A stretch of 64,000 bases of DNA from contig CP010425.1 of the NCBI GenBank assembly GCA_000830295.1, positions 64,001 through 128,000 on the forward strand, written 5' to 3'. The position numbers were made by a program, and so were the translations under genes. This stretch comes from an archaeon GW2011_AR15. Lineage in GTDB: Archaea > Nanobdellota > Nanobdellia > Woesearchaeales > GW2011-AR15. Each line of letters starts with the position of its first letter. Position 1 is the first letter of the stretch. This document shows, in pieces, positions 56,040 to 64,000 of this stretch. Below the pieces are notes generated by a model. It saw only the letters and a list, made by a program, of their open reading frames with translations, searched no databases and was not told the origin of the DNA.

Positions 56040-57127
56040 TCATCAAAAACAAATACCTTGTACTCCGGGATTTCTTCTTCTATATCCTCGCTGGCTTCAA
56101 CCTTTCCCAATGCATCTTTTTTGGCATCCACCAGCCTGTTTACCTTGTATTTCTTCTGCCTGCTTTTGTCTTCTTCAGTCTTCAGCTGGTCCGGCGAAAG
56201 TTCTTTTGGCTTCTCTTCCGGAACCTGCTGCTGAATCTCTTTAACTTCTTTTTCTTTAAGCTCAAGTTCAGGCTCGGGCCTTTTCTTTTCTATCTGAACA
56301 GCCGGCTCTTCCTGCTTTTCAATAACTGCAGGAGTTTCTATAAATTTTGGTTTCTCCTCTGCCTTTTCCTGCTTTGGAATCCTGTTCAGCTGCCTCTGCT
56401 TCTTCCTTTTTTCTTTCTGTTCTTTTATTGCTGCTGAAAGTGCGGTCTCAACATGGAAATCAGTAACCTTGAGGTCTTCTGTCTCAACAGCATACCTTGC
56501 TGCATCCTCGCAGTATTCAAGGAACCTTCTCGGATTTTTGTCTGAAAGCGCATATATCCTTGCAAGGATTTTGGCCGGGAACAGGTCTATATTTCCTATT
56601 CTGTTCCTGACAAGCTCGAATGCGTCTTTCTGTGTGAGGGAGATTGTCCTTAGCATATTGCCCCCAAGATGCTTCTCTATCTCCTCAGGCAGCCTGGCAA
56701 TTGAGGAATCATGATTCACAAAAACAACTGACTGCAGCTGTCCGCTAGTGTAATATTTCAGTATCTGGGAGCTGTCTGACCTGCCCATATAATGGACTTC
56801 ATCAAGCAGCAGTATCACCTTCTTGGCTTTTATTCCTGCAATCTTTCCGAAAAATGAGCTGGCTCCGTCAAGAAGCTCCTTCATGTTAAACTGTTTTCCG
56901 CTGTTAAAGCTGAAATAGATTATCCTGTTCTTCCCCCTGAACCTGGCAATTATGTTTTTCAGGATTGTAGTCTTTCCCGTCCCATAGTCCCCTTCTATAA
57001 AAAGCATCTCAGCATTTTCAATTTTCTTATAGATGTAATCCAGGTCATAGGCAACCATCTCATTATTGAATGCTGCCGGCTTTATGCTGAACGGATTGTC
57101 ATGGAATCCAAGTCTCTTATACCACAT
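56036..57127 (-). CDS. AAA+ ATPase with long charged C-terminal tail
   Basis: WYKRLGFHDNPF, GDYGTGKT, LLLDE, NPRRFL. Confidence 0.8.
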   Translation of the reverse strand: MWYKRLGFHDNPFSIKPAAFNNEMVAYDLDYIYKKIENAEMLFIEGDYGTGKTTILKNIIARFRGKNRIIYFSFNSGKQFNMKELLDGASSFFGKIAGIKAKKVILLLDEVHYMGRSDSSQILKYYTSGQLQSVVFVNHDSSIARLPEEIEKHLGGNMLRTISLTQKDAFELVRNRIGNIDLFPAKILARIYALSDKNPRRFLEYCEDAARYAVETEDLKVTDFHVETALSAAIKEQKEKRKKQRQLNRIPKQEKAEEKPKFIETPAVIEKQEEPAVQIEKKRPEPELELKEKEVKEIQQQVPEEKPKELSPDQLKTEEDKSRQKKYKVNRLVDAKKDALGKVEASEDIEEEIPEYKVFVFDD

Positions 57128-57833
57128 CTTTCAACACCCTGAGATCCACTGCCTGTGCCATGCTGCGCCTTTTCCTGGAGGCAGAACTGGCCACATGTTC
57201 GCAGTTATGGAGGAACTTCTTTATAGAATTGTCTGACAGCTTAAAAATTTTTTTTAGGAGGGCATCATTAAACAGCTTGCTGTCTCCTATCCTGCTCCTT
57301 GCTATATCAACTGCATCCTCTTCTGTAAGCACTGGCAGGCTTATCACTCTCTTGCCTATCCTGTCCCTGAGACTGTCTGAGAATTTTGCTCTCTTATATG
57401 AAACTGTTGTGAAGATTATTGACTTTATGTAATTCTGGTCAAAATAATACTTCAGCCTTTCAGTATTTTTCTCTGAAAGCTGCTGCACATTGTCCATCAG
57501 CACAATCATGTTCCTCGGCTTTTTATTGAAAAGCTTCCCGAAAAGACCGTTCCTTTCCTGCAGCACTGTTGTTATGTTAAGCTTCCTGTCAAGTGTCCTG
57601 CAGTCAAGATAGACTACGTTTCTCATGCCTCCGAATTTTTTTGCAGCAATCATGAGCAGCGTTGTCTTGCCGTTGCCGTCTGCCCCCTCAACAGCCAGCA
57701 TGCTCCCTGAATCAATCCTGTAGAAAATCTCCTCTACTGCATGCTCCATCCCAACAAGCTTATCGTGGTTCTTTCTCGGGTCAGTGGAAAAGGGATTTTC
57801 GCCAAACCCAGATTTCTCATACCATTCCATCAT
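57117..57833 (-). CDS. AAA+ ATPase paralog with degenerate Walker B
   Basis: WYEKSGFGENPF, GADGNGKT, VLMDN. Confidence 0.8.
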   Translation of the reverse strand: MMEWYEKSGFGENPFSTDPRKNHDKLVGMEHAVEEIFYRIDSGSMLAVEGADGNGKTTLLMIAAKKFGGMRNVVYLDCRTLDRKLNITTVLQERNGLFGKLFNKKPRNMIVLMDNVQQLSEKNTERLKYYFDQNYIKSIIFTTVSYKRAKFSDSLRDRIGKRVISLPVLTEEDAVDIARSRIGDSKLFNDALLKKIFKLSDNSIKKFLHNCEHVASSASRKRRSMAQAVDLRVLKDVV

Positions 57834-58045
57834 GATTTCTCCTGCTTCATTGCCCTTTCCCTGTACTCATTAGAAAGCATATAGTGATACTTTGCTTTTT
57901 CATCATTCCCTTTTAAATGATATTCCTCTCCCAGCTTATGGTGCTTCCTTGCTCTCCTGAAATTATTGCCAGGACTGCCTTTCAGATAAAAATAAAGCAC
58001 AACTGCAAGGAAGATTACGGCTGCTATTAACCATATGCTGACAAT
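57830..58045 (-). CDS. Possible small membrane-anchored protein (no canonical start codon)
   Basis: Open frame IVSIWLIAAVIFLAVVLYFYLKG...QEKS; TGA overlaps the ATPase ATG; only ATT/ATA available after GGGTGGG. Confidence 0.4.
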   Translation of the reverse strand: MVSIWLIAAVIFLAVVLYFYLKGSPGNNFRRARKHHKLGEEYHLKGNDEKAKYHYMLSNEYRERAMKQEKS

Positions 58046-58112
58046 CTTAACCCACCCAAAATACTTGTAAGCACTTTGAAATGGTGAGTATATTTAAGCT
58101 TTTCCCCGGGCT

Positions 58113-58700
58113 TTATTCACCTGGAGAGGCATAGTCTATGCCGAAAGAATCATTGTCAATAGCAATGATACCCGTTATGGAATAAGGGCCCTGAAGGCCG
58201 TCTATCGGCCTGTTATTGGTATATGGATAGTCATATAGATTTAAAAAAGTTGATATGTCCGCCACAGTTATTATCTCGCCTTCTTTTACAGGAAAGTATT
58301 CCAGCTGCACTTCCGCCCCTGTTATTACCGGCCTGTCTCCAAGGTAGAGAAAAGTATCATAACTATCTATATCGCTTTGTCCGGACTCGCGCGCGATAAT
58401 CCTGGTAAGCCTGAAATTGTATCCCCTGCTTGATTGGTCTGTAAACATAAGAGGATAATCCACACTTATGACTACATAATTTCCGCTTTCCCTGTTGCTA
58501 TCAAGTTTTGATGCCAGGGAATCTGAATCTCCGACAATAAGGGAAATCTGGCTGCTCAGTATGCCTGAGCCTCCGGCCTCTATTGTTGCCCGGACATCTG
58601 TATCGGATTCTACATAACCCGGTGTACAGGCTCCCAAGACAAAAGCTCCTCCCAGTATGACCGGCAACATATATTTTTTCACTATTGTGTCTAAACCCAT
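58113..58700 (-). CDS. Lipoprotein array member, subfamily A
   Basis: LGAC lipobox; VDYP, TFLYLGDRP, GPYSITGII, ends SPGE. Confidence 0.8.
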   Translation of the reverse strand: MGLDTIVKKYMLPVILGGAFVLGACTPGYVESDTDVRATIEAGGSGILSSQISLIVGDSDSLASKLDSNRESGNYVVISVDYPLMFTDQSSRGYNFRLTRIIARESGQSDIDSYDTFLYLGDRPVITGAEVQLEYFPVKEGEIITVADISTFLNLYDYPYTNNRPIDGLQGPYSITGIIAIDNDSFGIDYASPGE

Positions 58701-58702
58701 TT

Positions 58703-59302
58703 TTATTCACCTGGCGAAATATACTCTATGGCAGGAAGGCCGTTTTCAATTGCAATAATGCCAGTTATTGAGTAAGGCCCATGGAACCCCTCTATAACCC
58801 TGTTAAGGCCATAAGATGAGGAAAACATGAAATCTGTAATATCATCTTCTGTTATAAGCTGGCCCTCTTTTACAGGAAAATACTCAAGCCTGACTTTTGT
58901 CCCTTCAATCAGCGGCCTGTTTCCCAGATATAGGAAGGTCTCATAATTCTCCACATCAGTAAACCCTGACTGAATGGCAACTATCCTTGTTATGTTTATA
59001 TCATACGTCGCACCTTCCTCAAATGTTTCTTCCAGTAATAGAGACGGATAGTCTACTCTTACTATGTTATATGTTCCGCTTTGTTTTTCTGTTTCCAGTT
59101 TTGGAATAAGGGAGGCTGACGGTCCGGTAAAAAAAGTAAGCTCGCTTCCGAATATTGCTTCTCCGCCTGCTTCTGTTGTTGCCTGGGCCTCGGCATCAAA
59201 CCTTCCTGCTGCATCCGGGCTGGGACCGCAGGACACCATAAAAAGCCCTAATCCTAAAGTTATTGGAAGAGTATATTTTTTTATTATGCTGCTTAAACTC
59301 AT
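58703..59302 (-). CDS. Lipoprotein array member, subfamily A
   Basis: MVSC lipobox; same motifs; ends IEYISPGE. Confidence 0.8.
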   Translation of the reverse strand: MSLSSIIKKYTLPITLGLGLFMVSCGPSPDAAGRFDAEAQATTEAGGEAIFGSELTFFTGPSASLIPKLETEKQSGTYNIVRVDYPSLLLEETFEEGATYDINITRIVAIQSGFTDVENYETFLYLGNRPLIEGTKVRLEYFPVKEGQLITEDDITDFMFSSSYGLNRVIEGFHGPYSITGIIAIENGLPAIEYISPGE

Positions 59303-59303
59303 T

Positions 59304-59888
59304 TCATTCACCTGGTGATATGTATTCTATTCCAGAAACGCCTTCATTATAAGCCACTATCCCTGTTATTGAATACGGGCCGTGGAATCCCTCTATTACC
59401 CTATACACACTGACACTCTCCTGCTCTCCAAGGACCGACATGATATCATCATTTGTTATTGCGTTCCCAGGTATCACTGGGTAGTATGTAATCCTTATGC
59501 GGCCGCCTTCCATTATCGGCCTATCTCCGAAATACAGAAAAGTCTCATAGTTCTCCACATCTGTTAATCCGGACTGAAGAGCAACTATCCTTGTTATTCT
59601 TATATCATAGCCCTCCTCGCCATCATCGTACATTATCGTCGGGTAGTCTACCTGAATGACTGTATATTCCCCTCTTACGGTTTCAGGCTCTATTTTGTCA
59701 GTCAAAGATTCAGAATTTTCCGCTATGAAAGTAAGATTATCCTGGAATACCGCTTTTCCTCCTGCATCTACTGTTGCCTGCGCAACTTCATCCTGTTCAG
59801 GAGTTATAGGCGCGCAGCCTCCGGCAGCAAGAGCCGCCCCTAATGTGACTGGTAATATGTATTGTCTTAGTATTCTGGTTAAACTCAT
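59304..59888 (-). CDS. Lipoprotein array member, subfamily A
   Basis: AGGC lipobox; same motifs; ends IEYISPGE. Confidence 0.8.
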   Translation of the reverse strand: MSLTRILRQYILPVTLGAALAAGGCAPITPEQDEVAQATVDAGGKAVFQDNLTFIAENSESLTDKIEPETVRGEYTVIQVDYPTIMYDDGEEGYDIRITRIVALQSGLTDVENYETFLYFGDRPIMEGGRIRITYYPVIPGNAITNDDIMSVLGEQESVSVYRVIEGFHGPYSITGIVAYNEGVSGIEYISPGE

Positions 59889-59889
59889 T

Positions 59890-60498
59890 TCATTCACCTG
59901 GTGAGATGTATTCTATGCCTGGGCCATCTGAATCTATCCCGATTATCCCGGTTATTGCAGAATCGCTGAATCCTTCTATGACACGATCAGTCCCAACATA
60001 AGAGCCGCTGCTTATCAAAGAAGCTACGTTATTGTTTGTTATAACCTGGCCGGGCTTCACAGGATAATATTCCAGCCTTGCCTGGGAGCCCTCGATTACC
60101 GGCTTGTCCCCAAGGTAAAGGAAAGTAACATAATTCTCCATATCCGTAAATCCCTTTTCCAGTGCAACTATCCTTGTAATTGAAATGTTCAGGGTTCCGT
60201 AAGAATCATCAAACATTATAATAGGGTGGTCAACAGCAATAATCGTGTAGAGCCCGGTTTCTGTTTCAGTCTCCAGCTTGTCTGTCAGCGTTGCTGAGTT
60301 TTCAACAATGTAAACTAAGTTAGTCTGCAGTATAATCTCTGCCTCTCCTCCTACTTCTGCTGTTTCTGTTGCTGCCTGCTCTGTTCCCTGAGGATCGTAG
60401 TTATCATAATATCCTGCGGGCCCGCAGCCTCCAATTATCAGTCCTGCGCCCAGTGCAACCGGCAGAGCATATTTTTTTATTATTTTTGCTAGACTCAT
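59890..60498 (-). CDS. Lipoprotein array member, subfamily A
   Basis: IGGC lipobox; same motifs; ends IEYISPGE. Confidence 0.8.
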   Translation of the reverse strand: MSLAKIIKKYALPVALGAGLIIGGCGPAGYYDNYDPQGTEQAATETAEVGGEAEIILQTNLVYIVENSATLTDKLETETETGLYTIIAVDHPIIMFDDSYGTLNISITRIVALEKGFTDMENYVTFLYLGDKPVIEGSQARLEYYPVKPGQVITNNNVASLISSGSYVGTDRVIEGFSDSAITGIIGIDSDGPGIEYISPGE

Positions 60499-61118
60499 TC
60501 TAAATCACCTGATGAAACAAAATCAACGGCATTCAGCTCTATTACACCGTCTGTATGTCCGTCAGGAGCAGAGCTTTGAATAAGGAAGTCCATCCTAACA
60601 TCGTAACTCATATAATGGTCTGGTATGAAAATATCTGTAATGTATGATAGCATATTATTCAGGAGGAGGGCACTCTCATTCATTTCCCAGTACCTTCTTA
60701 TAACAATCTCCTGCCCTATTGGGAATCTTCTTTCTGTAGGGTAGATGAAGTAGTACATGCTACCATCTATATCCCTCTTCACAGTCAGCCATGTAAACGG
60801 CCTCTGTGTTACTTTCTCTCCGTAATCACCGATGGTGTAGCCAAAGTACGTGTCTACCACTGTTCCCCTGAGATTCTCAACTGGCTCAGGCTTAAACATG
60901 TACTCAAATGAATCGCTTATAGGATAGTTATATTGTATTCTAAAAGGGCTATTTTCCTGTGATATTGCAAATGTAGGGGCCGGGGTAATCTCTCCGGAAG
61001 ACGGTGTTGCAGTCCTCTGGATTGTCAGATCCTCTATATTTTGAGTCCGGGGACCGCAGGCTGCCATTGTTGTCCCAAGCAGCACAAGAGCTGCCAGCCC
61101 TTGATATAATCTCTTCAT
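60495..61118 (-). CDS. Lipoprotein array member, subfamily B
   Basis: MAAC lipobox; RPFTW, IYPTER, NNML, SAPDGHTDG. Confidence 0.8.
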   Translation of the reverse strand: MKRLYQGLAALVLLGTTMAACGPRTQNIEDLTIQRTATPSSGEITPAPTFAISQENSPFRIQYNYPISDSFEYMFKPEPVENLRGTVVDTYFGYTIGDYGEKVTQRPFTWLTVKRDIDGSMYYFIYPTERRFPIGQEIVIRRYWEMNESALLLNNMLSYITDIFIPDHYMSYDVRMDFLIQSSAPDGHTDGVIELNAVDFVSSGDLE

Positions 61119-61739
61119 CTATTCCCCTCCTCCGACATAATCAACAGCGCTAAGAGTTATGATGCCGTCAACATGGCCGTCCGGAGCTGAGCTTTCTATA
61201 AGGAAGTCCATCCATGAACCGTAGGATATACTTTCATTTGTCCCGACTTCTGTAATATATGCCAGCATATTGTTGGTAACAACTTTTGCATCCTCCTTTA
61301 TAGGCCAGTATTCCCTTATTATGATCTCCTGGCCTAGAGGAAACACCCTTTCAGTCGGGTAGATGAAATAATACAGTTCATTGTCTATATCCCTCTTTAC
61401 AGTCAGCCAGGTGAAAGGCCTTTGTATTCCTATGTCATTATAATAATTCACAACTACAAAACCCGAGTAGCTGTCAATAACTGTCCCCCTGAAATTTTCA
61501 ACAGGCTCTCTCTCGAGCAGGTATTCAAAGGAATCTTCGATGTTATACTCGTAACCATCCCTGAACGGATTGTGGTTCTGTGATACGGGAAATGTCGGAA
61601 CCGGTGTAATCCTGCCGCTGCTCGGAGTTGGCGTTTTTTCAATTGTCAGGTCAACTATATCCCTCTCTTCTGCTGGACCGCAGGCTGCCATTGTTGCTGC
61701 CACGACCAGTGCTGCCAATCCCTGATATACTCTTTTCAT
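61119..61739 (-). CDS. Lipoprotein array member, subfamily B
   Basis: MAAC lipobox; same motifs. Confidence 0.8.
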   Translation of the reverse strand: MKRVYQGLAALVVAATMAACGPAEERDIVDLTIEKTPTPSSGRITPVPTFPVSQNHNPFRDGYEYNIEDSFEYLLEREPVENFRGTVIDSYSGFVVVNYYNDIGIQRPFTWLTVKRDIDNELYYFIYPTERVFPLGQEIIIREYWPIKEDAKVVTNNMLAYITEVGTNESISYGSWMDFLIESSAPDGHVDGIITLSAVDYVGGGE

Positions 61740-61740
61740 T

Positions 61741-62433
61741 CTATTCCCCCTCTGCACTAATATATTCCACTGCTCCCAGTTCTATTATGCCGTCAACATG
61801 ACCATCGGGGGCTGAGCTCTCTATTATATAGTCCAGCCCGACATAATAATTTATGCTGCCTTCCTGCTTATCATTGGAAGTGATGTAAACGAGCATGTTA
61901 TTCATTAATGTAACGCCTTTCCTGATTGCCCAGTACTTCTCAATCTTGATCTCTTCTCCCTCAGTAAAAGTCCTTTCTCCGGGATATATAAGATATTCCA
62001 GACTGTCATCAACCCTGTCTCTTACAACCAGCCATGTAAACGGCCTGGAAACACTGCCATAGTCCCCACCATAATTATATATCATTTCTGCTTTATAGGT
62101 CTCGATTATGGTCCCGTAGAAATTTTCAACAGGTTTTCTTTCAAATATGTCAAATGAGGTCGAAGCATCATACTCAAGTGTGCTTACGGCAAACGGGTTG
62201 TCTATCTGCGATATTGATAAAGTCGGAGTTGGTGTTAGTGTCGGAGTCGGGGTGAATGTCGGTGTGCCTTCAAGTACTGAGTCTATTGTTTCAACTACTG
62301 GGGTCGGTTCTTCCTGTATCTCTGTGTTTCCGCCGAACCCATCTGTAAAATAGTACACTATCCCAACTACAGCAGCAACAGCTGTTCCCAAACCTACAAA
62401 TAACAGGCAACCATCACTTTCATCATAATACAT
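61741..62433 (-). CDS. Array member, subfamily B, TM-anchored with Pro/Thr linker
   Basis: N-terminal TM segment, TPTFTPTPTLTPTPT, same core motifs. Confidence 0.8.
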   Translation of the reverse strand: MYYDESDGCLLFVGLGTAVAAVVGIVYYFTDGFGGNTEIQEEPTPVVETIDSVLEGTPTFTPTPTLTPTPTLSISQIDNPFAVSTLEYDASTSFDIFERKPVENFYGTIIETYKAEMIYNYGGDYGSVSRPFTWLVVRDRVDDSLEYLIYPGERTFTEGEEIKIEKYWAIRKGVTLMNNMLVYITSNDKQEGSINYYVGLDYIIESSAPDGHVDGIIELGAVEYISAEGE

Positions 62434-62434
62434 C

Positions 62435-63040
62435 CTATTCGCCCTCCGGCCCTATATATTCAACTGCACCCAGTTCTATTATACCGTCAACGTGGCCGTC
62501 CGGGGCTGAGCTCTCTATCTGAAAATTCATCCTGTCATCATAAGTGAATTCCCCCGGAATATCTGTTATGTATGTAAGCATATTGTTAAGTAATACTGCA
62601 TCCTCTTTTATTTCCCAGTATCTTGCTATCCTGACTCTCTGGCCTTCAGGAAAAATTCTTTCAGTAGGGTATATCATGTAATAGAGGTTATTGTCAGTTC
62701 CTCTTAGTATTATCCAGCTGAAGGGCCTCACTGTTCCTTCGTCGCCATAATCACCAACAGAATAACCTAAGTAGCTGTCTATAATTGTCCCCCTCAGCCC
62801 TTCAACTGGTTCTTCTTCAAAAAGATATTCAAAAGAGATTTTCTCATTAAAATTATAATTTATTCTGAACGGGTTATTGTCTCTTGAAATCGGGAATCCC
62901 GGGCCTTCTGTATAATCTTCGCCTGAAGGCGTGGCTGTTTCAGTATCCAGGCTGATAACTTCTCCTTGGGAACCTGGTTCGCACGACGCTATGGTTGCAG
63001 CCAGAACCAATGCTGCAAGACCCCGATATATTCCTTTCAT
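62435..63040 (-). CDS. Lipoprotein array member, subfamily B
   Basis: IASC lipobox; RPFSW, SAPDGHVDGIIELGAVEY. Confidence 0.8.
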   Translation of the reverse strand: MKGIYRGLAALVLAATIASCEPGSQGEVISLDTETATPSGEDYTEGPGFPISRDNNPFRINYNFNEKISFEYLFEEEPVEGLRGTIIDSYLGYSVGDYGDEGTVRPFSWIILRGTDNNLYYMIYPTERIFPEGQRVRIARYWEIKEDAVLLNNMLTYITDIPGEFTYDDRMNFQIESSAPDGHVDGIIELGAVEYIGPEGE

Positions 63041-63041
63041 C

Positions 63042-63746
63042 TTACTTTTCCTCCGGGCTGATGTATTCCACAGCGCCAAGCTCAATTATCCCGTCGACAT
63101 GGCCATCGGCAGCCGGGCTTTCTATAGTAAAATCAAGGAGAGTGTAAAAGTCCTCGCTGCCCCTGTTATCCCTGGTGACATATGCAAGCATATTGTTCAT
63201 CAGTGTTACTCCTTCTTTTATTTCCCAATATCTCTGTATGTTAACTTCCTGGCCTATTGGGAATATTTTTTCTGCCGGATAGATAAGATAATGTATGCTG
63301 CCTATCTGGTCTCTTAAAATCATCCAGCTGAACGGCCGCAATGTCCCAGAGTCATATTCCACAGCCATATACCCAAGATAGCTGTCAACTACTGTTCCCT
63401 TGAGATTTTCTGAGGGATATCTTTCAAATATAAGGTCGAATGACTCATCCACATTATACTCAAGCGGGCTCTTGAAAGGGTTGTTCTCCCATGATATTGC
63501 CAAGGTGGGCGTCGGGGTCAATGTAGGGGTGGATATTAGTGTAGGTGTCGGCATAGCCGTATATTCAGGTGTGCCTAATGCTATGGACTCAAGAGTCTGT
63601 ACTGCTGCTGTCTCTTCCTGCTTCTGCTGCTGTTCTGCTGCTGCCAGCTCTGAATCAAATGCCCCTTTGCACATATAAATCATCGCTATCCCTAGAACTA
63701 TATACAATGCATTGTCCCATAGCCATTCGCCAACACTTCTTACCAC
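63042..63746 (-). CDS. Array member, subfamily B, TM-anchored with Pro/Thr linker
   Basis: Likely GTG start at 63746 just after the upstream stop; PTPTLISTPTLTPTPT; same core motifs. Confidence 0.75.
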   Translation of the reverse strand: MVRSVGEWLWDNALYIVLGIAMIYMCKGAFDSELAAAEQQQKQEETAAVQTLESIALGTPEYTAMPTPTLISTPTLTPTPTLAISWENNPFKSPLEYNVDESFDLIFERYPSENLKGTVVDSYLGYMAVEYDSGTLRPFSWMILRDQIGSIHYLIYPAEKIFPIGQEVNIQRYWEIKEGVTLMNNMLAYVTRDNRGSEDFYTLLDFTIESPAADGHVDGIIELGAVEYISPEEK

Positions 63747-63747
63747 C

Positions 63748-64000
63748 TTATTCGCCCTCTGGTGTAACATATTCGATTCCGCCAAGCTCTATGATGCCGT
63801 CTGTATGTCCGTCAGGGGCAGGGCTCTCTATACGGAATACTGTTTCAGCATAATAGTAGAGATTTTCTGGGTTGATTGAAATTATATATGCAAGTATATG
63901 ATTTGTAAGTGCTACATTTTTCTTTATCGGCCAGTACCTATCTATTATAACTTCTCCACCCGGAAAAACTCTCTCTGCCGGGTACATCAGGTATTCAAGT
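63748..64000 (-). CDS. Array member, subfamily B (5' part outside the window)
   Basis: YPAER, YWPI, PAPDGHTDGIIELG, ends PEGE. Confidence 0.8.
   Translation of the reverse strand, partial: LEYLMYPAERVFPGGEVIIDRYWPIKKNVALTNHILAYIISINPENLYYYAETVFRIESPAPDGHTDGIIELGGIEYVTPEGE

Noticed and set aside
55542-64000. Integron (integrase plus cassette array)
   Set aside because: The recombinase lacks catalytic residues and the array genes abut with no room for attC sites.
58113-64000. Diversity-generating retroelement targets
   Set aside because: No reverse transcriptase, and no template/variable repeat pair differing only at adenines was seen.

Overview
Archaeal chromosomal segment, most consistent with a DPANN (Woesearchaeota-like) genome. 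Support: four tRNA genes with canonical 37/38 introns and no encoded CCA, an archaeal-type AlaRS, TATA-like boxes about 25 nt before leaderless starts, and GGTGA-type Shine-Dalgarno sites. Housekeeping blocks: a pyrimidine cluster (pyrB-pyrI-argF-pyrC, pyrD, pyrE-pyrF), csp/DEAD-box helicase, an AhpD-like gene plus lipA-pdhABC with a split lipoate ligase and no E3, nth, two ferredoxins, alaS, and a DtxR-regulated Mn/Fe ABC transporter. Accessory content: (1) a 13.6 kb polymorphic toxin locus with an apparently bipartite Rhs, i.e. a large SpvB/FG-GAP/YD shell protein plus separately encoded, signal-peptide-bearing Rhs core-toxin proteins and toxin/immunity cassettes; (2) a conserved structured element directly after two different tRNA genes, each time followed by a copy of that tRNA's own 3' end; (3) a free-standing LAGLIDADG ORF that ends inside an intron-containing tRNA-Leu; (4) a catalytically degenerate tyrosine recombinase facing two AAA+ paralogs; (5) a tandem array of at least 10 paralogous lipoprotein/surface genes running off the right end. 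All calls come from reading motifs by eye; no database search was run.
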